From: Phycisphaerae bacterium
GTDB lineage: Bacteria > Planctomycetota > Phycisphaerae > UBA1845
Assembly: GCA_963666835.2 (NCBI GenBank)
Contig: CAXXGO010000003.1
Coordinates: 32,001-96,000, forward strand
Reading direction: 5' to 3'
DNA length: 64,000 nt
Shown piece after piece: positions 9,492 to 18,755 of the stretch. The notes beneath the pieces were generated by a model. It was not told the origin of the DNA. It was given only the letters and a program-made list of their open reading frames with translations, and made no database searches. The position numbers were made by a program, and so were the translations under genes. Every line of letters begins with the position of its first letter. The first letter of the stretch is position 1.

Positions 9492-10748
9492 ATGAACGAC
9501 AAGGAATACACGCTCGATCGAGTGGTACGGGTCCTGATTACCGCGGCGGGGGCCGTTGCCGTCCTGTTCCTGGTCCGCTACCTGTCAGATGTGCTGCTCC
9601 CATTCGCGGCGGCGATCATACTTGCCTACTTGCTCAACCCGCTTGTGGCTGTGTTCGAGAAGAAGACCGGTCATCGAGCCCTTGCGGTCGGAATGACGAT
9701 TGCCGGCTTGGGTCTCGCGGTGGCGGCGATTACCGTTACCGTTGTGCCGTTAATGGTCGGGCAGGCCCATCGGTTCCGGGACAGCCTGGAGAATCTGCGC
9801 GAGGATCTGACCGTATCCGCCGAGACGGATTCCGCGGCGTCGCCGGTCCCGGTTGGAGCAGTCGAAGCCGAGCCCGCGGAGAGATCGGCCTCGGGCTGGC
9901 GAGAGCTATCGGACGGATGGAAGCAGTACCGGGCGGATGCCGATCAGGTGCCTCGGAGAGAGCGAGTCCGGCGTCTGCGGGAGTCCGTTGAAGGAACGGT
10001 TGCGGGGAAGCTGATCGATCAGGCTGTTGACTATACGCGGTCGGAGGAGTTCAAAGCGTTGTTGGTTGACGCAGCCAAGCGCTTGGCGATGGGTGGCTGG
10101 ACCGTTCTGTCGTTCTTGCTTAATGTGATTCTGGGCTTGACCGGTCTGCTCGTAGTGCTTCTCTACCTGGTGTTTCTGTTGCTGGATTTCCCCGAGTATG
10201 CGCGGACCTGGCAGGCGTTTCTTCCGCCACGATACCGTGGCGCGATTGTCGATTTCCTCGAACAGTTCAGTCTGGCGATGCGGAGGTACTTCCGGGGACA
10301 GGCCATTGTGGCTCTGGCGATGGGGCTGCTGTTTGCGGTGGGCTTCTCGATTATCGGGTTGCCGATGGCGGTACCGCTGGGTTTGTTCATCGGCCTTCTG
10401 AACATGGTGCCGTATCTCCAGATCGTCGGTTTGGTGCCGGCGATCATGCTGTCCGGGCTTCGTGCCTTGGAGCACGACACCGGTTTGCTCGCCTCGATCG
10501 GGTTGACCTTGCTGGTATTCGGCGTCGCCCAGCTAATCCAGGATGCGGTTATCACACCCCGGGTAATGGGCAAGGCAACGGGCTTGAGGCCGGTTGCGAT
10601 TCTCCTGGGCGTGTTTGTCTGGGGCAAGCTGCTGGGCTTCCTTGGGTTACTTGTTGCCATTCCGCTGACCTGTCTGGGGATTGCCTACTATCGCCGCTAC
10701 ATCTTGCTAATCGGGCCGCAGAGCACTAAACTGCCTGCCGGCGAGTAA
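9492..10748 (+). CDS. AI-2E family (PerM/TqsA-like) transporter
   Basis: Start reassigned to ATG 9492 (AAAGGAG RBS; avoids overlap with lepA). Motifs LAYLLNPLV, RYFRGQ, GLLNMVPY, PRVMGKATGLRP, GFLGLLVAIPL. Confidence 0.9.
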   Translation: MNDKEYTLDRVVRVLITAAGAVAVLFLVRYLSDVLLPFAAAIILAYLLNPLVAVFEKKTGHRALAVGMTIAGLGLAVAAITVTVVPLMVGQAHRFRDSLENLREDLTVSAETDSAASPVPVGAVEAEPAERSASGWRELSDGWKQYRADADQVPRRERVRRLRESVEGTVAGKLIDQAVDYTRSEEFKALLVDAAKRLAMGGWTVLSFLLNVILGLTGLLVVLLYLVFLLLDFPEYARTWQAFLPPRYRGAIVDFLEQFSLAMRRYFRGQAIVALAMGLLFAVGFSIIGLPMAVPLGLFIGLLNMVPYLQIVGLVPAIMLSGLRALEHDTGLLASIGLTLLVFGVAQLIQDAVITPRVMGKATGLRPVAILLGVFVWGKLLGFLGLLVAIPLTCLGIAYYRRYILLIGPQSTKLPAGE

Positions 10749-10870
10749 ACTGCCGGGACAGCGAGCTTTCGTAGCGGATTCTGCGTCATCCCGTCAGCCG
10801 AAGTCTCTGAAGGTTAGGGGACTAATCGGACGCTTAGTCGACGTTGATCCCGCGTTGGGGAGCGCATGCG

Positions 10871-11410
10871 ATGACCCGTGACGAAGCTGGAATCTGGGTG
10901 ACTGACCCGGAGGCTTATCGCAGGAAGCTGGCGGATTTGCTGGGCGAGCGCGATCCGCTCGATGTGCTGTCCGAAACACCGAATCGCTTGGCCCGCACCG
11001 TGAACACTACCCCGGCAGATGTGATGCGCCGCCGGCCTTTCCCCGGCAAATGGACGCCCAACGAGATTATCGGGCATTTGTCGGACAGCGAGTGGGTGTA
11101 CGGCTTCCGGGTCCGGCAGATCCTGTGCGAGGAAGAGGCGGCGATTCTCGCCATGGATCAGGATCGCTGGGTCGCGGTCCAGAACCACAACGATCGTGAG
11201 CCCTCAGAACTACTGGAGATGTTCTCCGGGCTTCGCCTATTCAACCTGGGCATCTGGCGGAGGATCGAGCCGTCGGATCTTCGGCGTTCGGGGCGGCACG
11301 ATCAGCGCGGTCCCGAATCCCTCGACGTTATGCTCCGAATGTGCGCCGGGCACGATCTCTCCCACCTGGACCAATTAGACCGTTATTTGAGGGCCATCAG
11401 CGAAAGCTGA
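10871..11410 (+). CDS. DinB/YfiT family protein
   Basis: PGKWTPNEIIGHLSDSE, DQDRW, and C-terminal HDLSHLDQL metal-binding histidines. Confidence 0.85.
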   Translation: MTRDEAGIWVTDPEAYRRKLADLLGERDPLDVLSETPNRLARTVNTTPADVMRRRPFPGKWTPNEIIGHLSDSEWVYGFRVRQILCEEEAAILAMDQDRWVAVQNHNDREPSELLEMFSGLRLFNLGIWRRIEPSDLRRSGRHDQRGPESLDVMLRMCAGHDLSHLDQLDRYLRAISES

Positions 11411-11734
11411 TGACTTGTGCGGGATGTACTCCGCTGGGCAGGCCGGCTTGGGAGAAGCCGCTGATGGGCATTCCTCCCTTTGGGAACGCGGGGCGGGCTC
11501 CGAGCAGGATTCCTCCTTCGGTGCCAATAAACGTCTGCGGCGGCGTGCTTCTTGTGTTGTTTGCGGCGGTGTTGTCCCGCTCGGCATTTCTCGGACGTGC
11601 TCCGGAAGAAGCGTTATCCCGAAGCCGCCTTAAACGTCGCCAAGCCAATCCGCCGATGTGGAATCGGAGCATCTGCCGAAACGCGTACTCCGGCATGCGA
11701 GGGCTCCGTCTCCTCTTACTCTGGGCTTTCGGGC

Positions 11735-12220
11735 TTGTCGAAGCTGGTCACCGTCGACATTGCGGATATGCAGGTCTCCGCCGATCCGGAGGTCGAGCTG
11801 ATCACGCACTCGCTGGGAAGCTGCATCGGACTGGCCATCTGGGATCCGGTGGTCCGGGTCGGCGGCATGCTGCACTATATGCTCTCTGACTCGAAGATCG
11901 CCCCTGAGCGGGCTCTGGTGACGCCTGCGATGTTTGCGGATACCGGAGTCCCGGCGTTGTTCCGAGCCTCCTACCGGCTCGGCGCCTCCAAGAAGCGGAT
12001 GATCGTCAAGGTGGCGGGGGGGGCGAAGCTGTTCAAAACCAACGATGCGATGGACGTGGGCAGACACAACTACGTCATGCTGCGGCGGATTCTCTGGCGA
12101 AATAAGATCTTCATCGACGGGGAGCACGTGAGAGACTGTATAAGCCGGACTATGCGGCTCAGCATCGGCACCGGATACGTTACCGTCGAGAACCGGAAAA
12201 TGGGGCGGATCGCGATCTGA
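11735..12220 (+). CDS. cheD: Chemoreceptor glutamine deamidase CheD
   Basis: ITHSLGSCIG...GGMLHYML, FADTG, KVAGGA and DVGRHN motifs. Start assigned to TTG 11735 (uncertain). Confidence 0.88.
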   Translation: MSKLVTVDIADMQVSADPEVELITHSLGSCIGLAIWDPVVRVGGMLHYMLSDSKIAPERALVTPAMFADTGVPALFRASYRLGASKKRMIVKVAGGAKLFKTNDAMDVGRHNYVMLRRILWRNKIFIDGEHVRDCISRTMRLSIGTGYVTVENRKMGRIAI

Positions 12221-12365
12221 CGCCAGGACGCTACCGGTGCTTTCCTTCACATTGTCACGCTTGCCGTGTGGGCGTCGGGTCGCGACAATCTCCCGGTTGG
12301 CTGATGGGCTGGTTCGAGCCGGATCGCCATTCCCAATGAGAGGCTGTGCTGAGGAGGGAGCTGTC

Positions 12366-14204
12366 TTGAGGGGCAGTTATGACGTTGTTGTGATCGGAGG
12401 CGGGCACGCCGGGGCGGAGGCGGCCTGGATTGCCTCGGTTCTGGGCATGGATGTCTGCCTGGTCACAATGGCCCATCAGGCTATCGGGCGAATGTCGTGC
12501 AATCCCGCTATCGGCGGGCTCGGCAAAGGGCAGATCGTCCGGGAGATCGACGCGCTGGGCGGAATCATGGGGCTTGCCGCCGACCGGGCCGGTATCCAGT
12601 TTCGGATGCTCAACAGATCGAAGGGACCGGCCGTGTGGGCGCCCCGCGCGCAAGCCGATCGGCAGGCATACCCCCAAGCTCTTCAGGAACTTCTCGGTCG
12701 AGCGCGGTCTCTCGATGTAGTGGAGGGGGTTGTGGGGGAGATCCTCGTGCGAGCGAGCGCCGGGGCTTCCAACGCCAGAGCGCAGAGCGTCAAGGGAGTT
12801 GTGCTGGAGGACGGCCGCGGCATTCTGGCTAAAGCGATTGTATTGACCACAGGTACTTTCCTTCGAGGTATCACTCATTGCGGCTGCGAGCAGGTTGCGG
12901 CGGGACGTCTCGGCGAGCCGGCGGCCGATCGGCTCAGTGACTCTCTGCGGTCGCTGGGTTTCGAGCTGGGCCGACTCAAGACGGGGACTCCCCCGCGGGT
13001 GCATCGCGATACGGTCGACTATAATGCCTGCCAGGAGCAGCCTGGTGACGAGGTCCCGACACCATTCTCCATGATGACCAGTGCCATCTCCCAACCGCAG
13101 GTGTGCTGCTGGACCACGTGGACGAACGCCCGCGTACACGAGCAGATTCGGGCCAATCTGCATCGAGCCCCGTTGTATTCGGGGCAGATCGAGTCGGTCG
13201 GACCGCGCTATTGCCCTAGTATAGAGGACAAAATCGTACGCTTCGCCGACAAACCGAAGCATCAGATCTTTCTGGAACCCGAGGGGGCTGACGACGAGCG
13301 TCTGTACTGCAACGGGGTCGCGACGTCCCTGCCGCGGGATGTGCAAGACGCATTCGTTCGAGAAGTGCCCGGGCTGCGGCACGCGTCGATCCTCCAATAC
13401 GGGTATGCCATCGAGTATGACTGGGTGCCGACGCATCAGATTGACTCTTCTTTGGAGACCAAGCTGGTCGAAGGGCTGTTTCTGGCGGGACAGATCAATG
13501 GCACCAGCGGCTACGAAGAGGCCGCCGGTCAGGGGCTGATTGCGGGAATCAACGCCGTCCAGCGCCTTACCGCGCGCCCGCCGCTTATCCTCGGCCGCGA
13601 TGAGGCCTATATCGGGGTCATGATCGATGACCTCATCGCCCGCCCGCCCTGCGAGCCTTATCGAATGTTCACGTCGCGCGCGGAGTATCGGCTGCGCCTT
13701 CGTGCAGATAACGCCGATCAGCGGCTCACGCCTATCGGTCGCCGGCTCGGTACGGTAGATGACGCGCGCTGGGACCTGCTGCAGCGCAAACTCAAGGCCT
13801 TGGCGCACATCGGACGGGTTTGCGACAAAGGGAACATTGACGGGGTCCCGTTGAAGACTTGGCTCCGGCGGCCGGAGGCTGACGTGAGGAGCCTGGCTGA
13901 CGCTCTACAAAGGGCGAATGGGCGCGCTTCATTTGGCAACAGTGAGCTGGAACAGGCCTTGATCGAGGCGAAGTACCAAGGCTACGTGTCGCGACAGGAT
14001 CGCCAAATTGAGCGCTTCCGGAAGACCGAATCGCTGACCATCCCCCCTGGCGTCGACTATCGCAAGCTCGGCGGCCTGCGTCTGGAGGCCCGCGAGCGGC
14101 TGAGTCTGCTGACTCCGAGGACGTTGGGGCAGGCGTCTCGGATTAGTGGTGTTACTCCAGCGGACATTAGTGTGCTAGCAGTGCATCTTTCCGCAGGTAG
14201 TTGA
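12366..14204 (+). CDS. mnmG: tRNA uridine-5-carboxymethylaminomethyl(34) synthesis enzyme MnmG (GidA)
   Basis: YDVVVIGGGHAG, MSCNPAIGG, LKTGTPPR, GPRYCPSIEDK, AGQINGTSGYEEAA, YRMFTSRAEYRL. TTG start after a GAGGAGG RBS. Confidence 0.97.
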   Translation: MRGSYDVVVIGGGHAGAEAAWIASVLGMDVCLVTMAHQAIGRMSCNPAIGGLGKGQIVREIDALGGIMGLAADRAGIQFRMLNRSKGPAVWAPRAQADRQAYPQALQELLGRARSLDVVEGVVGEILVRASAGASNARAQSVKGVVLEDGRGILAKAIVLTTGTFLRGITHCGCEQVAAGRLGEPAADRLSDSLRSLGFELGRLKTGTPPRVHRDTVDYNACQEQPGDEVPTPFSMMTSAISQPQVCCWTTWTNARVHEQIRANLHRAPLYSGQIESVGPRYCPSIEDKIVRFADKPKHQIFLEPEGADDERLYCNGVATSLPRDVQDAFVREVPGLRHASILQYGYAIEYDWVPTHQIDSSLETKLVEGLFLAGQINGTSGYEEAAGQGLIAGINAVQRLTARPPLILGRDEAYIGVMIDDLIARPPCEPYRMFTSRAEYRLRLRADNADQRLTPIGRRLGTVDDARWDLLQRKLKALAHIGRVCDKGNIDGVPLKTWLRRPEADVRSLADALQRANGRASFGNSELEQALIEAKYQGYVSRQDRQIERFRKTESLTIPPGVDYRKLGGLRLEARERLSLLTPRTLGQASRISGVTPADISVLAVHLSAGS

Positions 14205-14311
14205 CGCATGTTCCGGGATCCTAGAGTCCTTGGGTCCTAAAATAGCCTACCGCTCTGGCAAGAAATCCGCATCCGGAGTACTAATATCGCCAAAACAACG
14301 CATCTTTCCCG

Positions 14312-14340
14312 TTGACCGAGCCGACGACCGAAGGTATCGT
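14312..14340 (+). promoter_or_regulatory. Sigma70-type promoter for the signalling cluster
   Basis: TTGACC-N17-TATCGT in an AT-richer intergenic region. Confidence 0.5.
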
Positions 14341-14415
14341 ATAGGAAATATGGGGTAGATAGACAATGTAAGCGGCGAGGGTGATGGCAAGGATTGCTGG
14401 AACAAAGGATTCATC

Positions 14416-14997
14416 ATGGTGGATGGACGAAACAAAGCCGTATACACGACCGGCGAAGTCGCTCAGATCTGCAAAGTAAGCCAGCAGACCGTTATTCGCT
14501 GTTTTGACAGTGGTAGGTTGAAGGGGTTCCGGGTGCCCGGCTCCCGGTTCAGGCGGATACCGCGTGAATCACTGATTTCGTTCATGAAGACGAATCAGAT
14601 TCCTCTCAACCACCTCGACAGCGGTCGGAAGCGGGTGCTGGTGGTGGATGATGATGAGGCTATCGTCGAGATGTTCACGGACCTTCTCGAACGTGATGGT
14701 CGGTTTGAGGTGAAGACCGCGGCGTCAGGCTATGAGGCCGGCGTGATCACCGAACGCTTCCGGCCGGACATTATGCTGCTCGATTACAAGCTGCCCGACA
14801 TCAACGGGACGGCGGTGTGTCGGACGATTCGCGCAAATCCCAATTTCGAGCACATGCGGATTATCGCGATCAGCGGAGTTGCCGATCCGGACGAGATTGA
14901 CGAGTTGCGCGGCGCCGGCGCGGACGAGTTCATCCGCAAGCCGTTCGATATCAACGAGGTCATTGCCCGTATCGCGGATATGGTAGCTGTGGCGTAG
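14416..14997 (+). CDS. Response regulator with N-terminal excisionase/MerR-like HTH and C-terminal receiver domain
   Basis: YTTGEVAQICKVSQQTVIRCFDSGRLKGFRVPGSRFRRIPRE (HTH_17-like); REC with VLVVDDD, DIMLLDYKLPDING and KPF. Confidence 0.9.
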   Translation: MVDGRNKAVYTTGEVAQICKVSQQTVIRCFDSGRLKGFRVPGSRFRRIPRESLISFMKTNQIPLNHLDSGRKRVLVVDDDEAIVEMFTDLLERDGRFEVKTAASGYEAGVITERFRPDIMLLDYKLPDINGTAVCRTIRANPNFEHMRIIAISGVADPDEIDELRGAGADEFIRKPFDINEVIARIADMVAVA

Positions 14998-15030
14998 CAT
15001 CGCGGCCCTCGAGACCCACGCAGAGTCGGC

Positions 15031-17316
15031 ATGAGTACCAAGCCCGTGAGTATCGCAAGGTCGTCGGATGCGGAGCCGCCGCCGCGCCGCCGGGTCGAAG
15101 TCATCCTGGCTGAGTTGGAGCGGTTGCCGGCTTTGTCCGCGGTAGCGGTCGAGCTACTTTCGCTCACTACTTCCGAGGTTTCCTCCGCGCGCGATGTCGT
15201 TCGAGTCATCGAATCGGATGCGTCGTTGACCGCGACCGTTCTGAGGATGGCCCGCCGGTGCGACCTGGGAATATCCGGAAGGGTCACTCCGGTTGACAGG
15301 GTTGTGACGCTTCTCGGATTCAAGGCGGTTCGCAATGCGGCTCTGTCCGTCCACCTCTACGAGACCCTGGGGGCTTTGGAGGGCGAGGGCGGTGCCGAGT
15401 CGCTTCGCAAGGGCTTCTGGAAGCATAGCCTGGCCGTCGCTTGCGCAGCGGAGGCGCTGGCCGAACAGGGTCGTCACCGTGCGTCCAGTGGGCAGGCGTT
15501 CGTCTGCGGCCTGCTGCACGATCTGGGGAAGGCGGCGCTGGATGCATGTCTGCCCAAAAGCTACGCCCGCGTAGTCGAGCAAGTGGACCGCCGGCATCAG
15601 TGCATCTGCGACGTAGAGCGCGAGACCTTCGGGCTGGACCACACGGTGGCGGGCAGGCGCGTGGCCGAACGATGGCAGCTTCCTCGGGCCTTGGTAGATT
15701 GTATCTGGCTGCATCACCAGCCACCCGATGCGCTGCCTTCGTCCGTAGCGAACCCGGAGCTCGTGCAACTGGTGTTTGCCGCGGATAATCTCGTGCGCCG
15801 GCAGCGAATCGGATATTCGGGTTATTACCACATCACCGACCCGGAGGAATCGGCCGGGCTGCTCGGAGTCGATCCTAAAGCTCTTGAGGGAATCGCCGCG
15901 GAAATACCGGCGAGAATGGAACCGTACCTGGAACTGGTGGGGTTGGATGAGTCGACTGAGCGTACGTTGCACGCCGAGTCGCTCGTAAAAGCGAACCGAG
16001 AGCTGGGGCGGCTGAACGCGGAGCTGACCGAGTCCAATCGAAGCCTGGAGGTCCGGGGAGTTTGCTTCGAGGCTTTGAACTGTCTCACCGGAATGCTCAC
16101 GCCGCAAGATCGCGTAACCGACGTCTGCGTTGCCGCGGCTCAAGCTGTGCGGGAGATGGTGGGGGGCGCACCGGCTATCGCGTTTGCATGCGCCCCGTCG
16201 ACCGCAATCGTTGAAGTCGGCTTGGGTGGAGTTTCTTCCTCCGGTTCACGGGCCGTTGTGTTGGAACTGGGCGAGACGGAGGCGAACGAGCTGTTCGCCC
16301 TGTGTGGTTCCGGCGCGCCGGCAGATGGGATGGTTAACGCGCCTCCTACCTGTGGCGAGCTGTGGGGACGTTCGGCGGGGGCTTCGCCGACGGCGGCGAT
16401 TTGGATGTTGCCCTTTGCCGGTGCCGAAGGGACGCGCGGGGCCGTACTGCTGATGGCTGAGGAGGAATCGATCGCCCGGTTCCGATCTGCCCCGGAGGCT
16501 TGCGCTGCGTTGGCGACAGGTATTGCCCTGGCGATTGCGACGGCGCGAGCACGCGGAGAAGCGGAAAGGACCAGCGAAGAGCTGCTGGATCTCAACCGAC
16601 GTTTCCAGGCTGCGCAGAAGGAGCTGGTGCGGGCACGCTCGGTTTCGATGGTCTCGGAGATGGCGGCCGGGGCGGCTCACGAGATTAACAACCCGCTGGC
16701 GGTGATCTCCGGGCGTGCGCAGATGGCCATACCGGATTGCAGTAATGACGATCTGGCCAAAGCGCTTACAATTATTGTGGAGCAAGCTCATACTGCATCG
16801 CAGATTGTCACGGATCTGATGCACTTCGCAAAGCCGCCGGCTCCGAAATCGGTGCGTCAATCGGTGCGGACGGTTCTGGAAAAGCTGTGCCAGCATTGGT
16901 GCGCCAGTTCTTCGCTTCGCAGCGATCAAGTGACTCTGGAGCTTGCGGATCCGGAAGTTATGGTGTGCGCCGACCCCGAGCAGCTCTCGACGATCCTCGA
17001 GGCGGTGTTGGCCAACGCCGTGGAGGCATGTCGAACGGAAACCGCGCGTTTGCAGATTAACTCGCCGTCCCGAGTGTCCGATGAGACAGTCCGGATTGTC
17101 ATCGAGGACAACGGCGTCGGCATGAGCAGAGACGTGCTCGAGCATGCCGTCGACCCGTTCTTCTCGAGTCGCCCGGCCGGTCGTGGTCGGGGGATTGGAC
17201 TCTCGCGAGCGTACCGGCTCGCACAGATTAACGGCGGACACCTGTGGCTCGAATCGACGCAAGACAAAGGTACGATCGTGACGATCGAGCTACCGGCAAC
17301 CGCGTCTGCTTCCTGA
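15031..17316 (+). CDS. HDOD domain-containing cytoplasmic histidine kinase
   Basis: HDOD (LPALS, IESDASLTATVLRMA, FWKHSLAVA, GLLHDLGK, W.LP); H-box AHEINNPL; HATPase EDNGVGM, DPFFSSR, GRGIGLS. Confidence 0.9.
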   Translation: MSTKPVSIARSSDAEPPPRRRVEVILAELERLPALSAVAVELLSLTTSEVSSARDVVRVIESDASLTATVLRMARRCDLGISGRVTPVDRVVTLLGFKAVRNAALSVHLYETLGALEGEGGAESLRKGFWKHSLAVACAAEALAEQGRHRASSGQAFVCGLLHDLGKAALDACLPKSYARVVEQVDRRHQCICDVERETFGLDHTVAGRRVAERWQLPRALVDCIWLHHQPPDALPSSVANPELVQLVFAADNLVRRQRIGYSGYYHITDPEESAGLLGVDPKALEGIAAEIPARMEPYLELVGLDESTERTLHAESLVKANRELGRLNAELTESNRSLEVRGVCFEALNCLTGMLTPQDRVTDVCVAAAQAVREMVGGAPAIAFACAPSTAIVEVGLGGVSSSGSRAVVLELGETEANELFALCGSGAPADGMVNAPPTCGELWGRSAGASPTAAIWMLPFAGAEGTRGAVLLMAEEESIARFRSAPEACAALATGIALAIATARARGEAERTSEELLDLNRRFQAAQKELVRARSVSMVSEMAAGAAHEINNPLAVISGRAQMAIPDCSNDDLAKALTIIVEQAHTASQIVTDLMHFAKPPAPKSVRQSVRTVLEKLCQHWCASSSLRSDQVTLELADPEVMVCADPEQLSTILEAVLANAVEACRTETARLQINSPSRVSDETVRIVIEDNGVGMSRDVLEHAVDPFFSSRPAGRGRGIGLSRAYRLAQINGGHLWLESTQDKGTIVTIELPATASAS

Positions 17317-17409
17317 CACCCTCCTCCCCACGCCTGGCTGACCTCTTATGCGCCGGTTCTATAGAGCGCGAATGCCCGGTTACGCCGCTGGGGCAGGCCG
17401 GATAGGTAG

Positions 17410-17961
17410 ATGGCTGAGCGCTCTCCCAAGATCCTGGTAGTTGAGCCGGATCCGGATGTTCTGGAACTGCTCGTGGCCGCGCTGGCGCGCCGGTTCGACG
17501 CCAACGTTACGTGCGTGGCCAATGCCGAAGGATGTTTGGACGTCGAGCTTGTCGAACCTCACGATATGGTGATCGCGGAGCTGAGTCTCGACGGCGAAGA
17601 CGGGTTGGTTTTGGCAGAGCAACTGGCGTCGCTGAATATGCGGCCGATCATCCTATTGGCCGACTGTCCTACCTGTGATGACGTGCTCACGGCAATGCGG
17701 CTGGGAGTACACGATGTTTTCCCCAAACCTTTCCCCGTGGCCGAGTTATTGGATACGGTAGATGTTGCGCTGCGCCGCTACCGTACCCAGCGGGCGCAGT
17801 CGGCGAAGTACCATCGGGTCCGAGAGCTGTTACGTCACGCTATTCGGGAGAGACGGGACCTCAACCGGCGGGTGGAGTTGATCTGTCGCGATCTGGTCGG
17901 GGCGCATCGGCGTCTTGTCCACCGCGTTCTGGATTTCGAAGAAGCTCAGAGAGAGCCGTAG
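17410..17961 (+). CDS. Atypical receiver-domain protein with helical C-terminus
   Basis: REC fold (KILVVEPD, DMVIAELSLDGEDG, PIILL, KPF); the canonical phospho-Asp position appears to be Glu. Confidence 0.8.
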   Translation: MAERSPKILVVEPDPDVLELLVAALARRFDANVTCVANAEGCLDVELVEPHDMVIAELSLDGEDGLVLAEQLASLNMRPIILLADCPTCDDVLTAMRLGVHDVFPKPFPVAELLDTVDVALRRYRTQRAQSAKYHRVRELLRHAIRERRDLNRRVELICRDLVGAHRRLVHRVLDFEEAQREP

Positions 17962-17983
17962 GCTCCCCCGGATCGCGGTATTC

Positions 17984-18367
17984 CTACCAGAGAAGCACGA
18001 TCAAGTCTGCCAGGACAACGAGCAACAGGATAACTGACAGCTTCATGGCAATCGGAATGTGCTCGGTCTCACGCGGCGCCAGGCGTAACGCGCAAGCGCG
18101 TTCTTCGACGTTATCGCTTTGCAGAGCTTGCTCACGGCAGGTTTCCACGAGGGTGCCCGCCTCCGAGGCCGAGAGTCCCATCCCCGCGGCGTAACGGATG
18201 ATCCGCCGCCGGCGCGCAGCGGTTAATCGGCCGCTACGCAGCTCCTCGGCGATCATCTGCCGGAAGATCTCGTGAGTGTCTATTGATGGCACGTAAGCCG
18301 GTGGGTCGTCTTCGGTGACGACCGGTTTCAGGCGCACGGGCTCTTCCCGTGGTAGCTCCCTTTGCAT
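17984..18367 (-). CDS. Hypothetical protein with C-terminal TM anchor
   Basis: GGGGAGG/GAGG RBS; 127 aa; hydrophobic C-terminus LSVILLLVVLADLIVLLW. Confidence 0.65.
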   Translation of the reverse strand: MQRELPREEPVRLKPVVTEDDPPAYVPSIDTHEIFRQMIAEELRSGRLTAARRRRIIRYAAGMGLSASEAGTLVETCREQALQSDNVEERACALRLAPRETEHIPIAMKLSVILLLVVLADLIVLLW

Positions 18368-18593
18368 TCCTCTTTCCTCCCCACTTGATCATAGGCCGGG
18401 GGGAGCGGCGGAGTCACAGGACGGAGCTTTGAGCCGATTCAGTCGTGCCGCGGCAACGCGAGCTCGAATCCTATCGGAACGACACCTCTGCCAGGCGGAC
18501 GCACCATATCGCCGCGGTCCTATCGGACGTAAAGTGATGCGGTTCGGTCCACCTCCCCAGCGGTGCGGTACTCCGAACATCTTCAGCTTCGTC

Positions 18594-18691
18594 GCACGGT
18601 TGACGTACGAGACTTGCCGCATAGGCGCGCGTCGTATGAGGTCAGGTAGGGCACGGTCGAGGCACGAGACCTGCCACAATGGCGCGCATCG
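18594..18691. repeat. Imperfect 41-bp direct repeat x2 (period 57 bp)
   Basis: gcacggttgacgtacgagacttgccgcataggcgcgcgtcg (18594-18634) vs gcacggtcgaggcacgagacctgccacaatggcgcgcatcg (18651-18691); 33/41 identical. Confidence 0.75.
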
Positions 18692-18755
18692 CGCGAAAAC
18701 CGCGGGAGGTCTCGTTCCTCTACGCTGCCCTGCGGGTCACCAAACGTTGTCTTGC

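Noticed and set aside
12255..13808. Long antisense ORFs (also 3295-4401, 23055-24419, 26203-27711, 31417-33015, 62072-63487)
   Set aside because: Shadows of well-supported genes, expected in high-GC DNA; no recognisable domains.
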